In this document: one piece after another, positions 40,496-54,481 of the stretch | How the letters are laid out: every line of letters starts with the position of its first letter | How positions within the stretch are numbered: the stretch's first letter is position 1 | Assembly: GCA_964016885.1 (NCBI GenBank) | Contig: OZ024758.1 | Coordinates: forward strand, 7,378,001 to 7,442,000 | Reading direction: 5' to 3' | Source: Eledone cirrhosa | Taxonomy: Eukaryota | DNA: 64,000 bases | Position numbers and translations under genes: made by a program | The notes under the pieces: model-generated | The model's input: only the letters and a program-made list of their open reading frames with translations | Told to the model about the DNA's origin: nothing | Database searches by the model: none

Positions 40496-40599
40496 AAACG
40501 AAAGCAGAAGATAAAGTTTTATATCAGTAATCGTTCTGCATGACCGTTTTTCTTTTTTTGTTTCTTTTCTTTTTTAATTGGATTTCATGTACTGTTATT

Positions 40600-40846
40600 G
40601 TGGAGTCGTGTAACCTAGTGGTAAAGGTGTTGGACTTATGATCATAACGTTGTAAGTTCAATTCCTGGACTGGCTTCTGAGTTGTGTTCTTGAGCAAAAA
40701 AACATTTCATTTCACGTTGCTCCACTATACTCAGCTGAAAATGAGTACCAGCAATAGCTGGGAGATTAACCCTGCGATGGACTAGCGTCCTGTCCAGGTG
40801 AGAGTCTTGTCGTCTCGGTCACTTCACACCATGGAAACCGGGATAA
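40600..40846 (+). mobile_element. CORE-like tRNA SINE (SINE-C), near full length
   Basis: A/B boxes, GTGTTCTTGAGCAA core-like segment, CCCTGCGATGGACTAGCGTCCTGTCCAGG 3' region. Confidence 0.75.
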
Positions 40847-41802
40847 GCACAACTAATGACTAAAGATACGTGGTTGTTTTGCTATTTAGTAGTAAGCTCG
40901 AGTCGTATTGTAGCCATTGTATTGTTTCCTTAGGAAAGGTATTGCCCTCTGTGTCCTTTGTTTTAGTATGACCCACGAAGCTGGAATGTTACACTATTGT
41001 TTGTAAGGCTGATTAAAAGGTTCTTTCGGATCAGAACTTCAATGTCCGAGTGTGATTGCGCCTGAATATTTGTTTCTGTACATGGTATATTTTAATAAAG
41101 GCGTGTATGGGTCCATATAAAATATATATATATATAATAAACATACATTTAGTTACGCTATAAGTATTTTAATCTGTGATCAGAGGATGGAGACCCTTAA
41201 AAAACGGAGAAAACGAAGATGATATTGGGGAATAGAGCCATATCTCTAAGATACCGCCATTTTAAGTCATGATCATGTTACAGCTACCTTCGTGTCGGAT
41301 TAGGAGCAGTTTATACACGTATTTCAGGTTTATTACCCTTCTACATTAGGATGCAGTGTAGTGATCATTTCCATTCTTTTTCTTCTCCGGGTAATTATGA
41401 AGCCGAAAGTTTTAGGGTGTAAGGTAAACTGGAAGTTTTAATGCCTATGCCTTTTCAAAGGTATTAGTGATATAAATGAAGTGAAGTATACATGATCAAT
41501 AGTTTATCTTCGATTCTGCGGCGCATTGCCAATATCAATGAAATGGAGAGTTATGTGTAGTCATAAAATCTCAGAAAGTTTATTGAGATTATAGTGATGT
41601 TTGTAAACTAGGCATGCCTTAACATACACGACCTTCTTAAGTATATATAATAAAGTGTTATGTGTAAAACCTGAAATAACTAAACAAAAAATACAAAACA
41701 AAATGGATTTCTTGAACACTGAGTTTCTTAAACGTATATCTCACTTTACTATAACATTATTGACTGAGAATGTTGTTCCTTTCTTTTCCGGCTTATTAAT
41801 AT

Positions 41803-42018
41803 TGTTTCTGATTTAGGCACAAGGTCAGCAATTTGAAGAGAAGGGGAAATTCGATTAAATCGACTCCAGTACATTACTGGTACTTTATTTTATCGACCTC
41901 GTAACGATGAAAGGAAAAGCTAACCTCGGCGGGATTTGAACTCGGATCGTAAAAAACGGTAACTCTATGCCGTGAGGCCTGTTATCCGACACTATACCGC
42001 TTCTACCAATCTAACGCT
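41803..42018 (-). mobile_element. SINE-A, long variant, with ~20-bp target-site duplication
   Basis: Flanked by TTTCCGG(C/T)TTATTAATATT at about 41784 and 42020. Confidence 0.85.
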
Positions 42019-42073
42019 CTTTCCGGTTTATTAATATTACAAAATACATTGACTTCTTCCTCCTCCTCCTGTT

Positions 42074-42508
42074 CATGAATGTTATTCAGCCATCTTGCTC
42101 ATGACCTACTTCTGGGTCTCATGTTGGTTTATTTTGCTCGTAAAATCTGTCCAGCCATTCTCTCCTTAGACATCTTAACCACATGTCCGAATGCTGACGA
42201 TGGTGCAATTCTTTTATTTAATTCAGCCTCCTGCATTCCATCACTCGTGAACAAGGTCCCGAGATACTTGAACTTCTCCACCTACTTCAGTGGAACTGCA
42301 CTCACATTTAGAGTACACTGCGCAGGCTTCCTTAAGAAGACGAGTGTCTCCTCAATTTTCGCAGCATTGATTTTCATTCCAGCTGTGCAACATTCGGCAA
42401 CAAACCTAAACACTATAACGTCTGCAAATTCCAGCCGACTGATCCTACACCCTCCAGCTTTGATACCACATTCGACCCCGCTCAGCTTGTCAATTCTGAA
42501 CCTAGATT
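42074..42508 (-). pseudogene. Decayed RTE-clade LINE reverse transcriptase fragment with internal deletions
   Basis: Minus translation ISRLEFADVIV...AGMKINAAK...VEKFKYLGTLFTSDG...FGHVVKM...RPRSRS..RW, with stop codons. Confidence 0.85.
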
Positions 42509-42959
42509 AGAAACAAGATTAGTTTATGCGTTGATTTAAAGGAACAAAACTGAAAATTAACAAAAGAAAACAAAAAAAAAAATAAAACAGCAAATACATA
42601 AATAAATAAACAAAAAAAATACATGTAAGATGAGTTCTATCGATATAAATGATATCCACGTGTTAGTGCCTCACTGTTGCATGCTGTCCAGAACGCTGAG
42701 CTGAGTGATCGAATTTGGTTTTCTGTGTTCTGATAACTATTAAGTAGTTATAACAGTAATACACTGGAAGCGATTCACTCCAGGGGGGATGTTATTCATT
42801 ATGAAATTTATATTGTATTAAAAGCTTGTTGGTGTGTTTTTTTCTTTTTATTTGATGATTCATATAAAAAGACATTAAGAGTTATTAGAAGGAAGCAGAA
42901 ATAAACCTCATATTTTCTTATGGGTACTACGTTAGTACCAAAATAATTATGTATGTATG

Positions 42960-43215
42960 ACTGGACCCGTAAGTCCTGAGGGAGTTGTAGGGCGCCATAT
43001 TGACATACGGCGTTTCTAGAGTATCTTTAAACCTATCGGAGTCCATCTCCTCTCCAGGTCTGAATACACCAGCTTTCTTCCAGAGAAGGATAGAGAGAGT
43101 GGGAGAAAAGAAGTGAGAAAGAGATATAGAGGAAGAATCGGCCCCCAGTACTAGACTGGTACTTTTGTATTGATCTAAAATGGATGAAAGGCAAAGTTGA
43201 CCTCGGCGAGTTGAC
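42960..43215 (-). mobile_element. SINE-B (SINE-A-like 5' part with a different 3' tail)
   Basis: Tail TATTCAGACCTGGAGAGGAGAT...GAAACGCCGTATGTCAATATGGCG; related copies near 38885, 47572, 54520, 57850 and 62735. Confidence 0.75.
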
Positions 43216-43248
43216 CTCAGCATGTGTAGTGTGTATATTGATATTATA

Positions 43249-43299
<51 letters not shown>

Positions 43300-43313
43300 A
43301 TATTGATATTATA

Positions 43314-43364
<51 letters not shown>

Positions 43365-43378
43365 ATATTGATATTATA

Positions 43379-43433
<55 letters not shown>

Positions 43434-44018
43434 ATATTGATATTATACGCATATATATATATGCACTTAGATATGATACGTCAAATAAAATCGTAATTGA
43501 GAATATGCACAGAAATTGAAGAGAGACTGTGTTACACTGTCTTCTGTAATCAGTAAAGTAATCCATGATATATTTTAAAAAAGACGATATTATATATAAA
43601 CTGCATTAGGTGAAAATTAGCGACGGAAATATAAACCTTATATAACGATGCAACGTTTATATAAGTGTTATAATGTAACGGACGGACGCTAACCGAAAGT
43701 ATTGACATTTAAAAATTTTAAAGAAGTGAATCTTAAAATAAGCAATAAAATTATTTATATTTAATCAAGAATAACGAAATTTAGTAGATAAATTATGTAA
43801 TATTCATTCATTATTTATTCAAAGTAATCCAACTTATTTTACAAACGGGATAAAGAAATATATTCTGGACGCAGTCCCGCACTCCTTACTTTATTATAGT
43901 TTAGATAAGAAACCAGTGAAAACGAATTATTCTCATAAAATTATGTAATATCGGAAATACAACAGATATATTTTACAAGAAGACGGAAATATTATTAGAC
44001 GGTGGATTGGCAGTATCG

Positions 44019-44160
44019 GTAGCATAGAGTTGTGGCTCTTTACGTTCTGAGTTCAAATCCCGCCGAGGTTAACTTTGCCTTTCATCCTTACGGGGTCGAT
44101 AAAATAAAGTACCAGTAATGTACTGGAGTAATTGCTGGCCTTGTGCCAAAAGTAGAAACA
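44019..44160 (+). mobile_element. SINE-A, short variant, with internal deletion
   Basis: SINE-A sequence. Confidence 0.85.
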
Positions 44161-44799
44161 GTTAATAGAACTTTTATTCATGGAATCCGTCAGACCATAC
44201 TGCATGAATATGAGTAGTAGTGGTTGTGAAAGATTTAATCCAAAAAAACCTTAATCCTTATCAGCAAACGGCAACGAAAGAACTTTAAAAGAAAAATACT
44301 TCATTGGGGTGAAATTCCGAATTTTCCGCAAACATTTGTAGCGATAGCAAGTACGGGATATGTAGTAGGGATAACTTCAATTATTTATAATGTGGTTTCG
44401 AGAAGAAATGCAAAAGTGGACAATATTTCACAATAAATGCTGACGTTAACAGAAAAACAGAATAGAATATTTGCTATATTGCATAACTTATTCTAACTGT
44501 AAAGAAACTCACATCAGTGAAACCGGAAATTCCTTATACGTACTTGACAGGATACATAAATAACAAATGCGTTAACCGGAACTAAGAAAAATCTCGCTTA
44601 ACAAACATTTAGAAATTCGCGGGAACAGTAAATTCAAAATATATAAATGTCCAAGGTAGGATCCAACGTATCGGAAAGAAATGGAAAGGTGTTTTATAAT
44701 CAAATTTACTATAACACTAAATGTATAATAATTTAACAAAAGCAGGGTTAAACAAACAATATTCACCAATAACCTTGCCGAGCAATAGTCATAGAGATA

Positions 44800-45180
44800 A
44801 TCAACATTTAAATGCGCCATTGAGAACTCTGGTATCCTCGGGCCCTGTACTGCCGTTCTTCTCTGCCATATCAGGAGGGGGGCATTAAGAAGGAAATCCG
44901 TGAAATGGAATAATAGATGCAACGGGTGCGCCTGGTTTGTCTCTGTGGCAATGCTTTCGCTCTCTTGTCCGTGGGGTGCAAATGAGATATACTGCCCAAC
45001 CATGGTATAGGGATTTTTCCGCCTCATTCCCCCTTTTTTCCCCCAGAGGATGGTAAGAGGAGAATGTTGGCAGGACTGGAAAGTGGGTCTGATCAATATA
45101 GTGACAACTCCGGACGTGTGCCCATCTTATTAGACCTCCTCAGCGAAGTAGCATTCGTGTCTTTGACAAGGTCTTTAACG
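44800..45180 (-). mobile_element. Possible decayed L1/Tx1-type LINE fragment
   Basis: GC-richer island; frameshifted ILWGKK...HLHP resembles the post-RT region; weak. Confidence 0.3.
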
Positions 45181-45334
45181 ACACATGTTTATTGTATATT
45201 CTCAAAGTAATATATATTTATTTCAAAACTAGTTTCACCTGCAACCTCCCCCGACTCGCTTTTCCCACCCCACTCTCCCTTTTAGTAGTTTCACGACCCA
45301 GGTTGGTCCTACGGAAATTAGTGTTGTTTGATTA

Positions 45335-46452
45335 GTTGTTGGTGGTGTTGTTGTTGATAGTGTCATTGCTGTTGGTGGTGTTGTTGGTGTTGTTGTTAGT
45401 GTCATTGTTGTTGTTGGTGTTGTTGGTGTTGTTGTTGATGGTCGTGTTGTTGATGGTCGTGTTGTTGTTGATGGTCGTGTTGATGGTCGTGTTGTTGATG
45501 GTCGTGTTGTTGATGGTCGTGTTGTTGTTGATGGTGGTGTTGTTGGTGTTGTTGTTGTTGTTGTTGTTGTTGTTGGTGTTGTTGTTGGTGGTGGTGTTGG
45601 TGGTGGTGTTGGTGGTGGTGTTGTTGTTGTTGGTGTTGTTGTTGGTGGTGTTGTTGTTGGTGGTGTTGTTGATAGTGTCATTGTTGTTGTTGGTGTTGGT
45701 GGTGTTGTTGGTGGTGTTGTTGGTGGTGGTGTTGATGGTGTTGTTGATAGTGTCATTGTTGTTGTTGGTGTTGGTGGTGTTGTTGGTGGTGTTGTTGATG
45801 GTGTTGTTGATAGTGTCATTGTTGTTGTTGGTGTTGTTGGTGGTGTTGGTGGTGTTGTTGGTGTTGGTGGCGTTGTTGGTGGTGGTGGTGTTGTTGTTGG
45901 TGTTGTTGGAGGTGTTGGTGTCATTGCTGCTGTTGGTGGTGGTGGTGTTAGTGTCATTTCTGTTGTTGTCGCCACCGTTGTTGTTGTTGCTAACTATACC
46001 ATTTAATCACATAAAGTGCACCAGCGGGTTACCTTGGGACATTCTCGTTAGAGACACCATTTCTATGGTGCTGCTGCTGTTGCTGCTGTTGCTATTGATA
46101 CAATCATTTCTGCTGCTGCTGCTGCTACCATTACTACTGCTGCTGCAGCTACTGGTACTACTAATACTACTACTACTACTGCTACTGCTACTACTAATAC
46201 TACTACTACTACTACTGCTACTACTACAACTACCACTACTACTACTACCACACCACAACTACAACAACAACAACAACTACTACTACCACTACCACTACCA
46301 TTTCTACTACAACTAATACTACTACTACAACTACTACGACTACTACAACTACCACAACCACTACCACCACTACCACCACTACCACTACTATTTCTACTAC
46401 TACTAATACTACTACTACAACTACTAATAATAATAGTAATAATAATAATAAC
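45335..46452. repeat. (GTT/GGT)n and (CTA/CTG/CAA)n trinucleotide arrays
   Basis: Direct inspection. Confidence 0.95.
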
Positions 46453-47571
46453 GCCAACAATGATGGGAGGGGGAGGGAGGAAAAAGTCAATTAAATCGAC
46501 CTCAGTACGTGATTGGCATTTTAGTTTATCGATCCCTGGAAAATAATAATAATAATATAAATGTTACATATATTTTCTGTTATTCGATTTTGTCATTAGA
46601 CAATTCTGGTTACGAGGGGGGGGGTATGTATGTGGGTGTGTGGGTGTGGGTGTGTGAGCGTGTGTGTGTTTGTGTGTGTGGGCGTGGATGTGTGTGTGTG
46701 TGGGTGTGAGTGGGCGTGGATGTGTGTGAGTGTGTGTGGGCGTGGATGTGTGTGTGTGAGTGTGTGTGGGCGTGGATGTGTGTGCGTGTATGTGTGTGTG
46801 TGTGTGTGAATATGAAGAGAAAGAGGAAGATAGAAAGAGAGAGTGTGTCTGTTTGTATACGTGTGTGTATGAGAGAGAGAGAGAGAGAGGTTTAGCTAGA
46901 GATAAATAGATAGAGATAGATAGATAGATAGAGAGAGAAGAGTTTACTACAGTTATGCGGTTCATCTAAATTTCATATATTTTTCTTCCTTTCTTTTCCA
47001 TCTCTTCTTACCTCCCTTTTCTAACCTCTCTAGTGGCTTGCTTTTATTATCATACATCGACCACCAGTTGTTTTTCACTTGCTTTCTGCCTTTATAATTG
47101 TTAGCCAGTATTCAGAAAGTAATTTAGTATTCATAACATATTCGGCATTAAATATTCTAGCAAGTCATAGTGATCATATGTATATTAAATAGATAGAATT
47201 ATAGATTCTAACATTGTTGTAAGGGTATGATAAATTTTTGGTTGAACAGGGTAAATAATGATTGTCATACGTAGACCAACTATTCAATCAGTGGCTTCGG
47301 GTGAATCTTTTGCATGGAAGTGGTAACTGTCATGAAGAAGATACAGAAATTTTCTCCAAATGACAAAGTTGTTTCCGGAGAAATTACCCACGAGAAAGTG
47401 ATACTGTACTAACTGCCTGAAATCCTTCATGGGGATTTTTTTTTTTTTTCATTGGTTTTTCTGAAGCATTACCTAAAAGAAGATACAATTAGAATGCAGT
47501 ACATCAAAAGATTCTGATTTTCCCAAACTGAATGTTTGATACGAGTATTTGTCGAAAAGTTTCGTTTTTAT

Positions 47572-47880
47572 CCCGTAACTCCTGAGGGGGTCGTGAGCAT
47601 TTTAAAACCTGGCGAACCCTATCTCCTCTCCAGGTCTGAATACAGCAGATGTCTTCCAGAGAAGGATACAGAGTGAACGAATGAAAGTGAGGAATAGATA
47701 TCGACCACATTCTGAGGCAGAATCGACCACAGTACTGGACTGGTACTTTTTTTTTATTGACCTCGAATGGATGAAAGACAAAGTTGACCTTAGTGGGATT
47801 TGAACTCAGAGAGCAGAGAACCGAAATGAATACCACAAAGCATTCTATCCGACGCTCTAACGACTCTGCCATTCCGCCGC
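47572..47880 (-). mobile_element. SINE-B, near full length
   Basis: GCGGCGGAATGGCAGAGTCGTTAG head, B-box GAGTTCAAATCCC, SINE-B tail. Confidence 0.8.
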
Positions 47881-48130
47881 TTTATTTTTCGCATAGTAAA
47901 TTGATTAAATGTTCCTAAGGACCAACAGTTGATGCCAAATGGCACGGTGTAATCCACCAATAAACACGGATCCGTGGAGTTTATCCTCACTCTACACTAC
48001 GGAGGTTGTCTTACAGGATGAGAGAAAGACACAGATATAAAGGAATGGTATAAAAGAAAATTTAGGTTTAAATCAGGAGAGTAGCGTTGGTGTGAATGAG
48101 ATGTTTCAGCTAAATAACTGATAATGGGCA

Positions 48131-48302
48131 CCGTATTTCCCGGCACCGAAGACGCTTCGTCCTAGAGGATACACCCTAATTTTGACACCCAAAAATTTGA
48201 AAAAAAAATAATAAACAACCTTCGGCCTTCAGGATACATGGTAGATTTTTGAGAGTTATTTTAGGGAAAAAAGTAGCGTCTTTGAAGCCAGGAAATACGG
48301 TA
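48131..48302. mobile_element. pogo/Tc2-like MITE
   Basis: CCGTATTTCCCGGC ... GCCAGGAAATACGG-TA inverted ends. Confidence 0.7.
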
Positions 48303-48309
48303 ATTAGCA

Positions 48310-48745
48310 GGATTAATGGGTAGATGGGTCATTATTGTGGAGCTAGAGGTTGAGGTTCCAACAAAGGAGATTCCTACAATTAAAATAACATTTCCTGGTA
48401 AAGGAATGAAGCGTTGTGGTGTGTATATTGAATCATAGGAAGGATAGATTGTGGATGGTCAAGAATGGAGGTTGACTTGCTTCAGCTCCCGGATTTTGAG
48501 GGCGGCACACGGGAGCGTCATGATTGGTTTCGTGTGGACCTATAATTGCATTTCAAGATTAGGGATAGAGTTCAAGGGGTTACATAAAGTAGTAGCGCCC
48601 ATGATGGCCGGCAAATTATAAAAAAGGTTAATAGAACGTTGGATAGAGGCTTTCTAGTATTCGTTCCCAGATCACATTTAATAGAAATTATTGCAGTCAT
48701 GAACGATATTTTTTTACGTGTCCTGGCCATACGTAAGACTTCAAG
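48310..48745 (-). mobile_element. Possible decayed I/Jockey-group LINE fragment
   Basis: Minus frames give WGT...TF.ICRP-like remnants; heavily frameshifted. Confidence 0.3.
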
Positions 48746-48837
48746 GTGCAATAAGATGAATGTTTAACTGCTATTTCTAACAGATCGAGTAATCAGGTAG
48801 GGATTACTGTTGTGACCAGCGGTGAAACAAGTCACAT

Positions 48838-49050
48838 TGGATTGGCAGTATCGGTAGAGCGTCAGACGCCATGCTTTGCAGCATAGAGTTACAGTCCTTC
48901 ATGATCTGAGTTCAAATCCGCTGAGGTTAACTTTGCCTTTCATCCTTACGGGGTCGATAAAATAAAGTACCAGTCACGCACTGGGGTCGATTAAATCGAC
49001 TTTCCCCTCTCCCAAAATTGCTGGCCTTGTGCATATATAAGAAACCATTA
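48838..49050 (+). mobile_element. SINE-A, long variant
   Basis: SINE-A sequence. Confidence 0.9.
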
Positions 49051-49632
49051 CAGTATATATTTATAGCTGTTTTAGATTTGTGGATAGAGAGATGGAGAAA
49101 TGAAGCGAATCACATCCCCCTTGTTTAGTTGTCCGTAAATGTATTCATTCGCCTGTAAACACTTTCATACGATGTTTTTTTTAACGCAAAATTTCGCAAT
49201 ATGTTCTAAAACGTTACAAGTAGAATCAGATGACAGTATTTTTTCAATAGATAGATGGGTAAAAGTGTATAGATAGATAGATAGATAATGAACGCAACCA
49301 CAAGGGTGTGGTCCAAACACTGAAGAGCCGAACTCCCACTGTCATCGCCTCCATCTCTCTCGCCCTCCCCCATCTCTCTGTATGGTGAGCAAATGGGTTC
49401 CTACGTGCTGGCCTCCCCACATAAAATACAGAACAGCTAACAGTGTAGCTAATAGTGTGTAGCAGAAACAGTGTATCAAAGACAGTGTGTAGCAGACAGT
49501 GTGTAATAATACAGATAGAAGAAGCTATAGATAAAGTGTAGAGAAGTTCAGAATAAAGATGATGGATCATCCGTCGGTTTCAACGATGAGTATTAAGCTG
49601 TTTTTTTCAACTGAACGCCTGTCTCGTGAATG

Positions 49633-49841
49633 TACGATGTTGAGCTGAAAGGTTCATAGGCTGACTATGAAGCAGTGATGCTAGAGCTGTGAAATCTTGC
49701 AAGCATTAATTTCAATTCTTCTCATTAATATTTAATATCTGCATCGTTTCTTTCCAGTGACTATGTTGAAAACTAAACCTCATTTGGTCATTCCATGAGA
49801 GTATCTTGGTCAACCTATGAACTTTTCGACCGACCTTCGTA
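49633..49841. mobile_element. M1 MITE nested in an older repeat
   Basis: TACGA...TCGTA termini; flanks resemble the repeat at 21060-21225. Confidence 0.85.
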
Positions 49842-50090
49842 ATTTCTTAGCTGAAACAGCATGACACAACATATGGCAAGACTGGACATTTGAATTACGG
49901 GTAGAATCCACCTTACGGGCTCCCATGCAGTTTCTGTCTACCCAATTTCACTCACATTACTTCAGTCGACCTTCATCTATAGTAAAAAAAAAAAAAATTA
50001 AATTAAAAAAATAAAAATAAATTCGTCCAAGATGCTCTGCAGTAGAAAATTGAATCCGGAATCTGGTGATTGCGAAGTGAACTTCTGAAC

Positions 50091-50219
50091 AGCCACGACT
50101 TAAAATGGAGTACGTACTAAAAGCTAGTTAGTCTAGTTATTCTTTACTTTCCAAGCCACGACTTAAAATGGAGTACGTACTAAAAGCTAGTTAGTCGAGT
50201 TATTCTTTACTTTCCAAGC
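50091..50219. repeat. 63-bp tandem duplication
   Basis: AGCCACGACTTAAAATGG at 50091 and 50154; one mismatch. Confidence 0.95.
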
Positions 50220-50655
50220 ATTCTTCGCCATGTTTTGTCTTTGATTTTTTTTTCTCTCTCGTTTGTTTACTTTAGTGAAACTATCGATAGCGTTCCTGTA
50301 TTATAACTATTTATAGTTCATTCGTTTGTTGAGTCATAGCGAAAAAGATTTTGTCCATAGCCTGTAGGAGATCTGAAGCCCAAGCGAGATTAGTGCAGTG
50401 AAAGTTAAAATTCAACATTTAGGGTTAATGGAAATACATAGGTGCAAAGATAATTCTCAAAAGATGAGATTTATTTGATTTTATTTAGGGATTTTCGTAT
50501 ATATTTTTGTTTCTTCTCTGCTAAATTTAGTATATTTAGTATATCTAAGGAAGTTGTTGTACATTGATTTTCTCTTGACGCGGACATAAAGTGGATGTGT
50601 TGTAACAAGGAAAGGAAACAGTGAATAGAATTAACATTATATAGTACTGATTCTT

Positions 50656-51225
50656 AGGGCGGTGGGGGTGGGGCAGAATCGGTAGAGCGTCGGGCAACAT
50701 TATTTGTGGTATATAGTTATGTTCTGAGTTCAAATCCTGTCGAGGTTAGCTTTGCCTTTCATCCTTACGGAGTCGATAAAATAAAGTACCAGTAACGCAC
50801 TGGGGTCGATTTAATCGACTTTCCCCTTCCCCAAATTGTTGGCCTTGTGCCTAAATCAGGAACCAATATAGTACTGATTTTCAGGGGTGTGGATTGGCAG
50901 TATCGGTAGAGCGTCGGACAACATGCTTCGTGGCATAGCGTTACGGTCCTTTACCTTCTGGGTTCAAATCTCGTCGAGGTTAGCTTTGTCTTTTATCCTT
51001 ACGGGGTCAACAAAATAAAGTACCAGTAACGCACTGGGGTCGATTTAATTGACTTTTTCCTCCTCCAATTTACTGATTTTTAAAGCGTTGAAGTTGTTGG
51101 TAGAATCGTTAACGGCATCAGATGAAATACCTCGGTATTTGCTCCGCTTAACTACGTTCTCAGTTCAAATCCAGCAGACGTTAACTGCATTTCATCCTTT
51201 CGAAGTCGATAAATGAAGCACCATT
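50656..51225 (+). mobile_element. Head-to-tail SINE-A cluster (two long copies and one older copy)
   Basis: SINE-A sequence; TATAGTACTGATT at 50640 and 50867. Confidence 0.85.
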
Positions 51226-52030
51226 TCTGGAGTTAATTCTTCCTCTATCACTATCTATCTCTCTTACTTTTCCTCTCTGACAGAAATCAACTTTCAGACC
51301 CTGGGAGGAATGGACTCCGCCAGGTTTAGAATGCCCAACACCTGCCGTCTTGCCGGTGCATATTACTCCTTTGACTAATAGTCCAGGGTATCACCGAAAC
51401 AATTGTAACGTAGTTAAGAAATTTATTCAATCTTTTTCTTTGTTTAGATCTGCTCTGTGTTTAAGTCTGTCTTTCTGAATCTTTTCCTTTCAAAATATCT
51501 CTCATTTCGTCCAACTATTAATACATAAACTCACTGAGCTTTGTGTAAAAATATTTAGCAATGATATACTCTCCTATATAACTCTCTATATACAGAGTTA
51601 TATCGCCACCCTTGCTTTATATAAAATATATCAAATTCATCATTTTGCTTTCAATTTACAGTGAAAAACGTAAATTTGACAAGTGTATACATATTCATTC
51701 GAGTATACTTGTAATATTACAAGCGTTGAGAATTTATTTATTTTTTATAATTAATACATTTATATATTTTCTCTTTATTTACTTGCTATATCCTACGGAA
51801 TCGTATATTCACAAATATTTTCCCGTTGTATGACGGAAAATATTCTAAAATAATATTCCACATTAAACTAATGTTGTCTTTTCTTCACCGCATAAGTATG
51901 TCTAATCATATATGTAATGTTTATTACACTATATATGTCCATACTAGATTAAACAGTATTTAACAGTTGTGGCATATGTTAGATTTAGGATGGCGTTACG
52001 ACTTGCATGTATTATTATTTGTATGTGTAG

Positions 52031-52245
52031 AGCGGTGGAATGGGAGTAACGGTAGAAGGTAGGACGCCATGCTTTGCAACATCGAGTTACGACCCTTTAT
52101 GGTCTGGGTTCAAATCCCGCCGAAGTTAACTGCCTTTCATCATTACAGGGTCGATAAAATAAAGTACCAGTCACGCACTGGGGTCGATTTGATTGACTTT
52201 CCCCTTCCTCAAAATTGCTGGCCTTGTGCCTATATAAAAACCTAT
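52031..52245 (+). mobile_element. SINE-A, long variant
   Basis: SINE-A sequence. Confidence 0.9.
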
Positions 52246-52474
52246 TAATAGGTTGGGTTATATTAGTACGAAAGAAAAAAGCGTTGAACAATGGTAAGAG
52301 ACTGGTTACTAGTGCCTCCATGTGATGGCATGAATGAGGTGTAGTAAGTGGGACTGACGACTGGGTGAAGTAACTAATACAACTACTTAAGAACTACTTA
52401 CAACTACTTAGATTATTGTAAGATTTACCAACAACGAGCTAATTGTTTAAGTGCAAGGTTGAGTTTATTTATAA

Positions 52475-52549
<75 letters not shown>

Positions 52550-52568
52550 CGTATATATATATTATATA

Positions 52569-52735
52569 TAGGAACGAGTAGGACCCCCGACGGCTGAGTT
52601 CAGAATTAGCCGTCGAAACGGCTTGAGCTCAGCCGTCGGGGTTCTACTCGTTCCTATTACCCACTCTACTAACCTAAGTATTGAGTACTTTGGTGCGTTA
52701 TGGTCCATCTGGTTCCTTACCACATTTCCTTCGTT
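52569..52735. mobile_element. P2 element with fold-back end, inside (TA)n
   Basis: Reverse complement of the 14169-14310 sequence. Confidence 0.8.
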
Positions 52736-52763
52736 ATATTATATATATATATTTTTATATATT

Positions 52764-52814
<51 letters not shown>

Positions 52815-53535
52815 AAGAGAAAGAGAAAGAGAGGGTGAAGTTGAAAATAATACAGAAAATATATTTAAGGGTCTGGGTTTTTTTTTAATCCTTTCTTTGA
52901 TTCGTCAAAGTGACGTTATTGAAAAGATGTCATTATTGAAAAAAATGAGAGGGACAATTCTTTTTAAAAAAAAAAAAGTTTTATAATGTATATGTCTCTC
53001 ATCCTTACAGGTACTGGTCAATATTGACTACTCCCTCCATCTGCATCTCTGACCTTATATCTATGTAAGAAACTATTGATAGATGCACCATTAATAACAA
53101 CTCACTTGTAAGTAAAACGAAACCTTCAGGAAAAGGGATGACAAATGGAAATACAATTGTCAGATAAGTTGACGGCACAAATGATTTGTAGATGTAAACA
53201 TTGAGGATGTAGTTCAAGTTACAGAAACTGTGGAAATGGAAACAGACTATAGAGATCGACAGATAAGGGAAACTGAAGGACTAAGAGGTAGAAAACATGA
53301 GAAATAAAAGCTGGTAGAAAAGGGAGACAATAGATGAAAGAGGAAGGTGCCTGGAGAGTAGAAATAAGAGATGGCGATAGTATAAGAGGGAGAATGGCCA
53401 TAAATAATGTAGTAAATCACGTGGGCTCAGCAATGTGCTGACATCAGGAAAGTAGGCGATTGGTCCATTGAAAAGAAACGGGCGAGAGAAACGGGTATAT
53501 ATATACACGCACGCATATTTTCTTAAATAAATAAT

Positions 53536-53893
53536 TGTTTCTACTTATGGCACAAGGCCAGCAAATATCCAGTGCATTACTGGTACTTTATTTTATCGAC
53601 CCCATAAGGATGAAAGGTAAAGTTAACCTCGGCGGGATTTGAACTCAGATCGTAAAGGGACGTAACTACGCTGGAAAGCTTGTCTGACCCTCCACCAATA
53701 CTGCCAATTCACCGCCCTTATGTTCTTAAATAAATAATGGTTTCTTATATAGGCACAAGGCCAGCAATTTTTTTTAGGCGGGGTGGGGGGAGGGAAAACT
53801 CGATTAAATCGACCCCAGTACATTACTGGTACTTTATTTTATCGACCCTGTAAGGATGAAAGGCAAAGTTAACCTCGGCGGGATTTGAACTCA
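53536..53893 (-). mobile_element. SINE-A dimer (long plus short) with triplicated target sequence
   Basis: TTCTTAAATAAATAAT at 53520, 53723 and 53897. Confidence 0.9.
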
Positions 53894-54404
53894 ATTTTCT
53901 TAAATAAATAATAGATATGAATGTATGTGTGTACGTGTGATTGTGTGCGTATGTGTGTTTGTGTATATGTATGTATGTGTGTGTGTATGTGTGTACGTGT
54001 GTGTGTGTGTGTATTATGTAGGTGTGTGTGTATGTGTGTATTATGTAGGTGTGTGTGTGTTTGTGTGTATGTGTGTATGTGTGAGTGTGTGTATGTGTGA
54101 GTGTATGTATGTGTGTATGTGTGTATGCATGTATTATGTCCGCATGTGTGCGTGTGCGTGTGTGTGTGTATATATGTGTGTGTATATATGTGTGTGTGTA
54201 TGTATGTAATATTTGAGGGATTGAACGTAACATAAATAAACAATTATCGCAATAACTTGGAGCTTGTATTTATAACATTTTATCACCAAATTACATTCCT
54301 AGTCAAAATATAATTATGTTGACCTTATTGGGTAATTATATGTCAGTGTTTACCTTGCAAGCTTGAGAATGTAATCATATATGTATCAATACATAGAGCT
54401 ACTA

Positions 54405-54481
54405 TACGAGGGTCGGCTGAAAGGTTCATAGGCTGACCAAGATACTCTCATGGAATGACAAAATGAGGTTTATTTTTCAAA
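54405..54481. mobile_element. M1 MITE end fragment
   Basis: TACGAGGGTCGGCTGAAAGGTTCATAGGCTGACC. Confidence 0.8.

Noticed and set aside
42079-42510. 143-aa plus-strand ORF
   Set aside because: Antisense shadow of the RTE reverse transcriptase fragment
47290-47430. Minus-strand RQLVQYHF resembling a tyrosine phosphatase motif
   Set aside because: No following WPD motif; short frame; no supporting exons
53010-53480. Purine-rich exon-like segment after CCTTACAG
   Set aside because: Multiple stops in all frames; unidentifiable, probably a decayed TE
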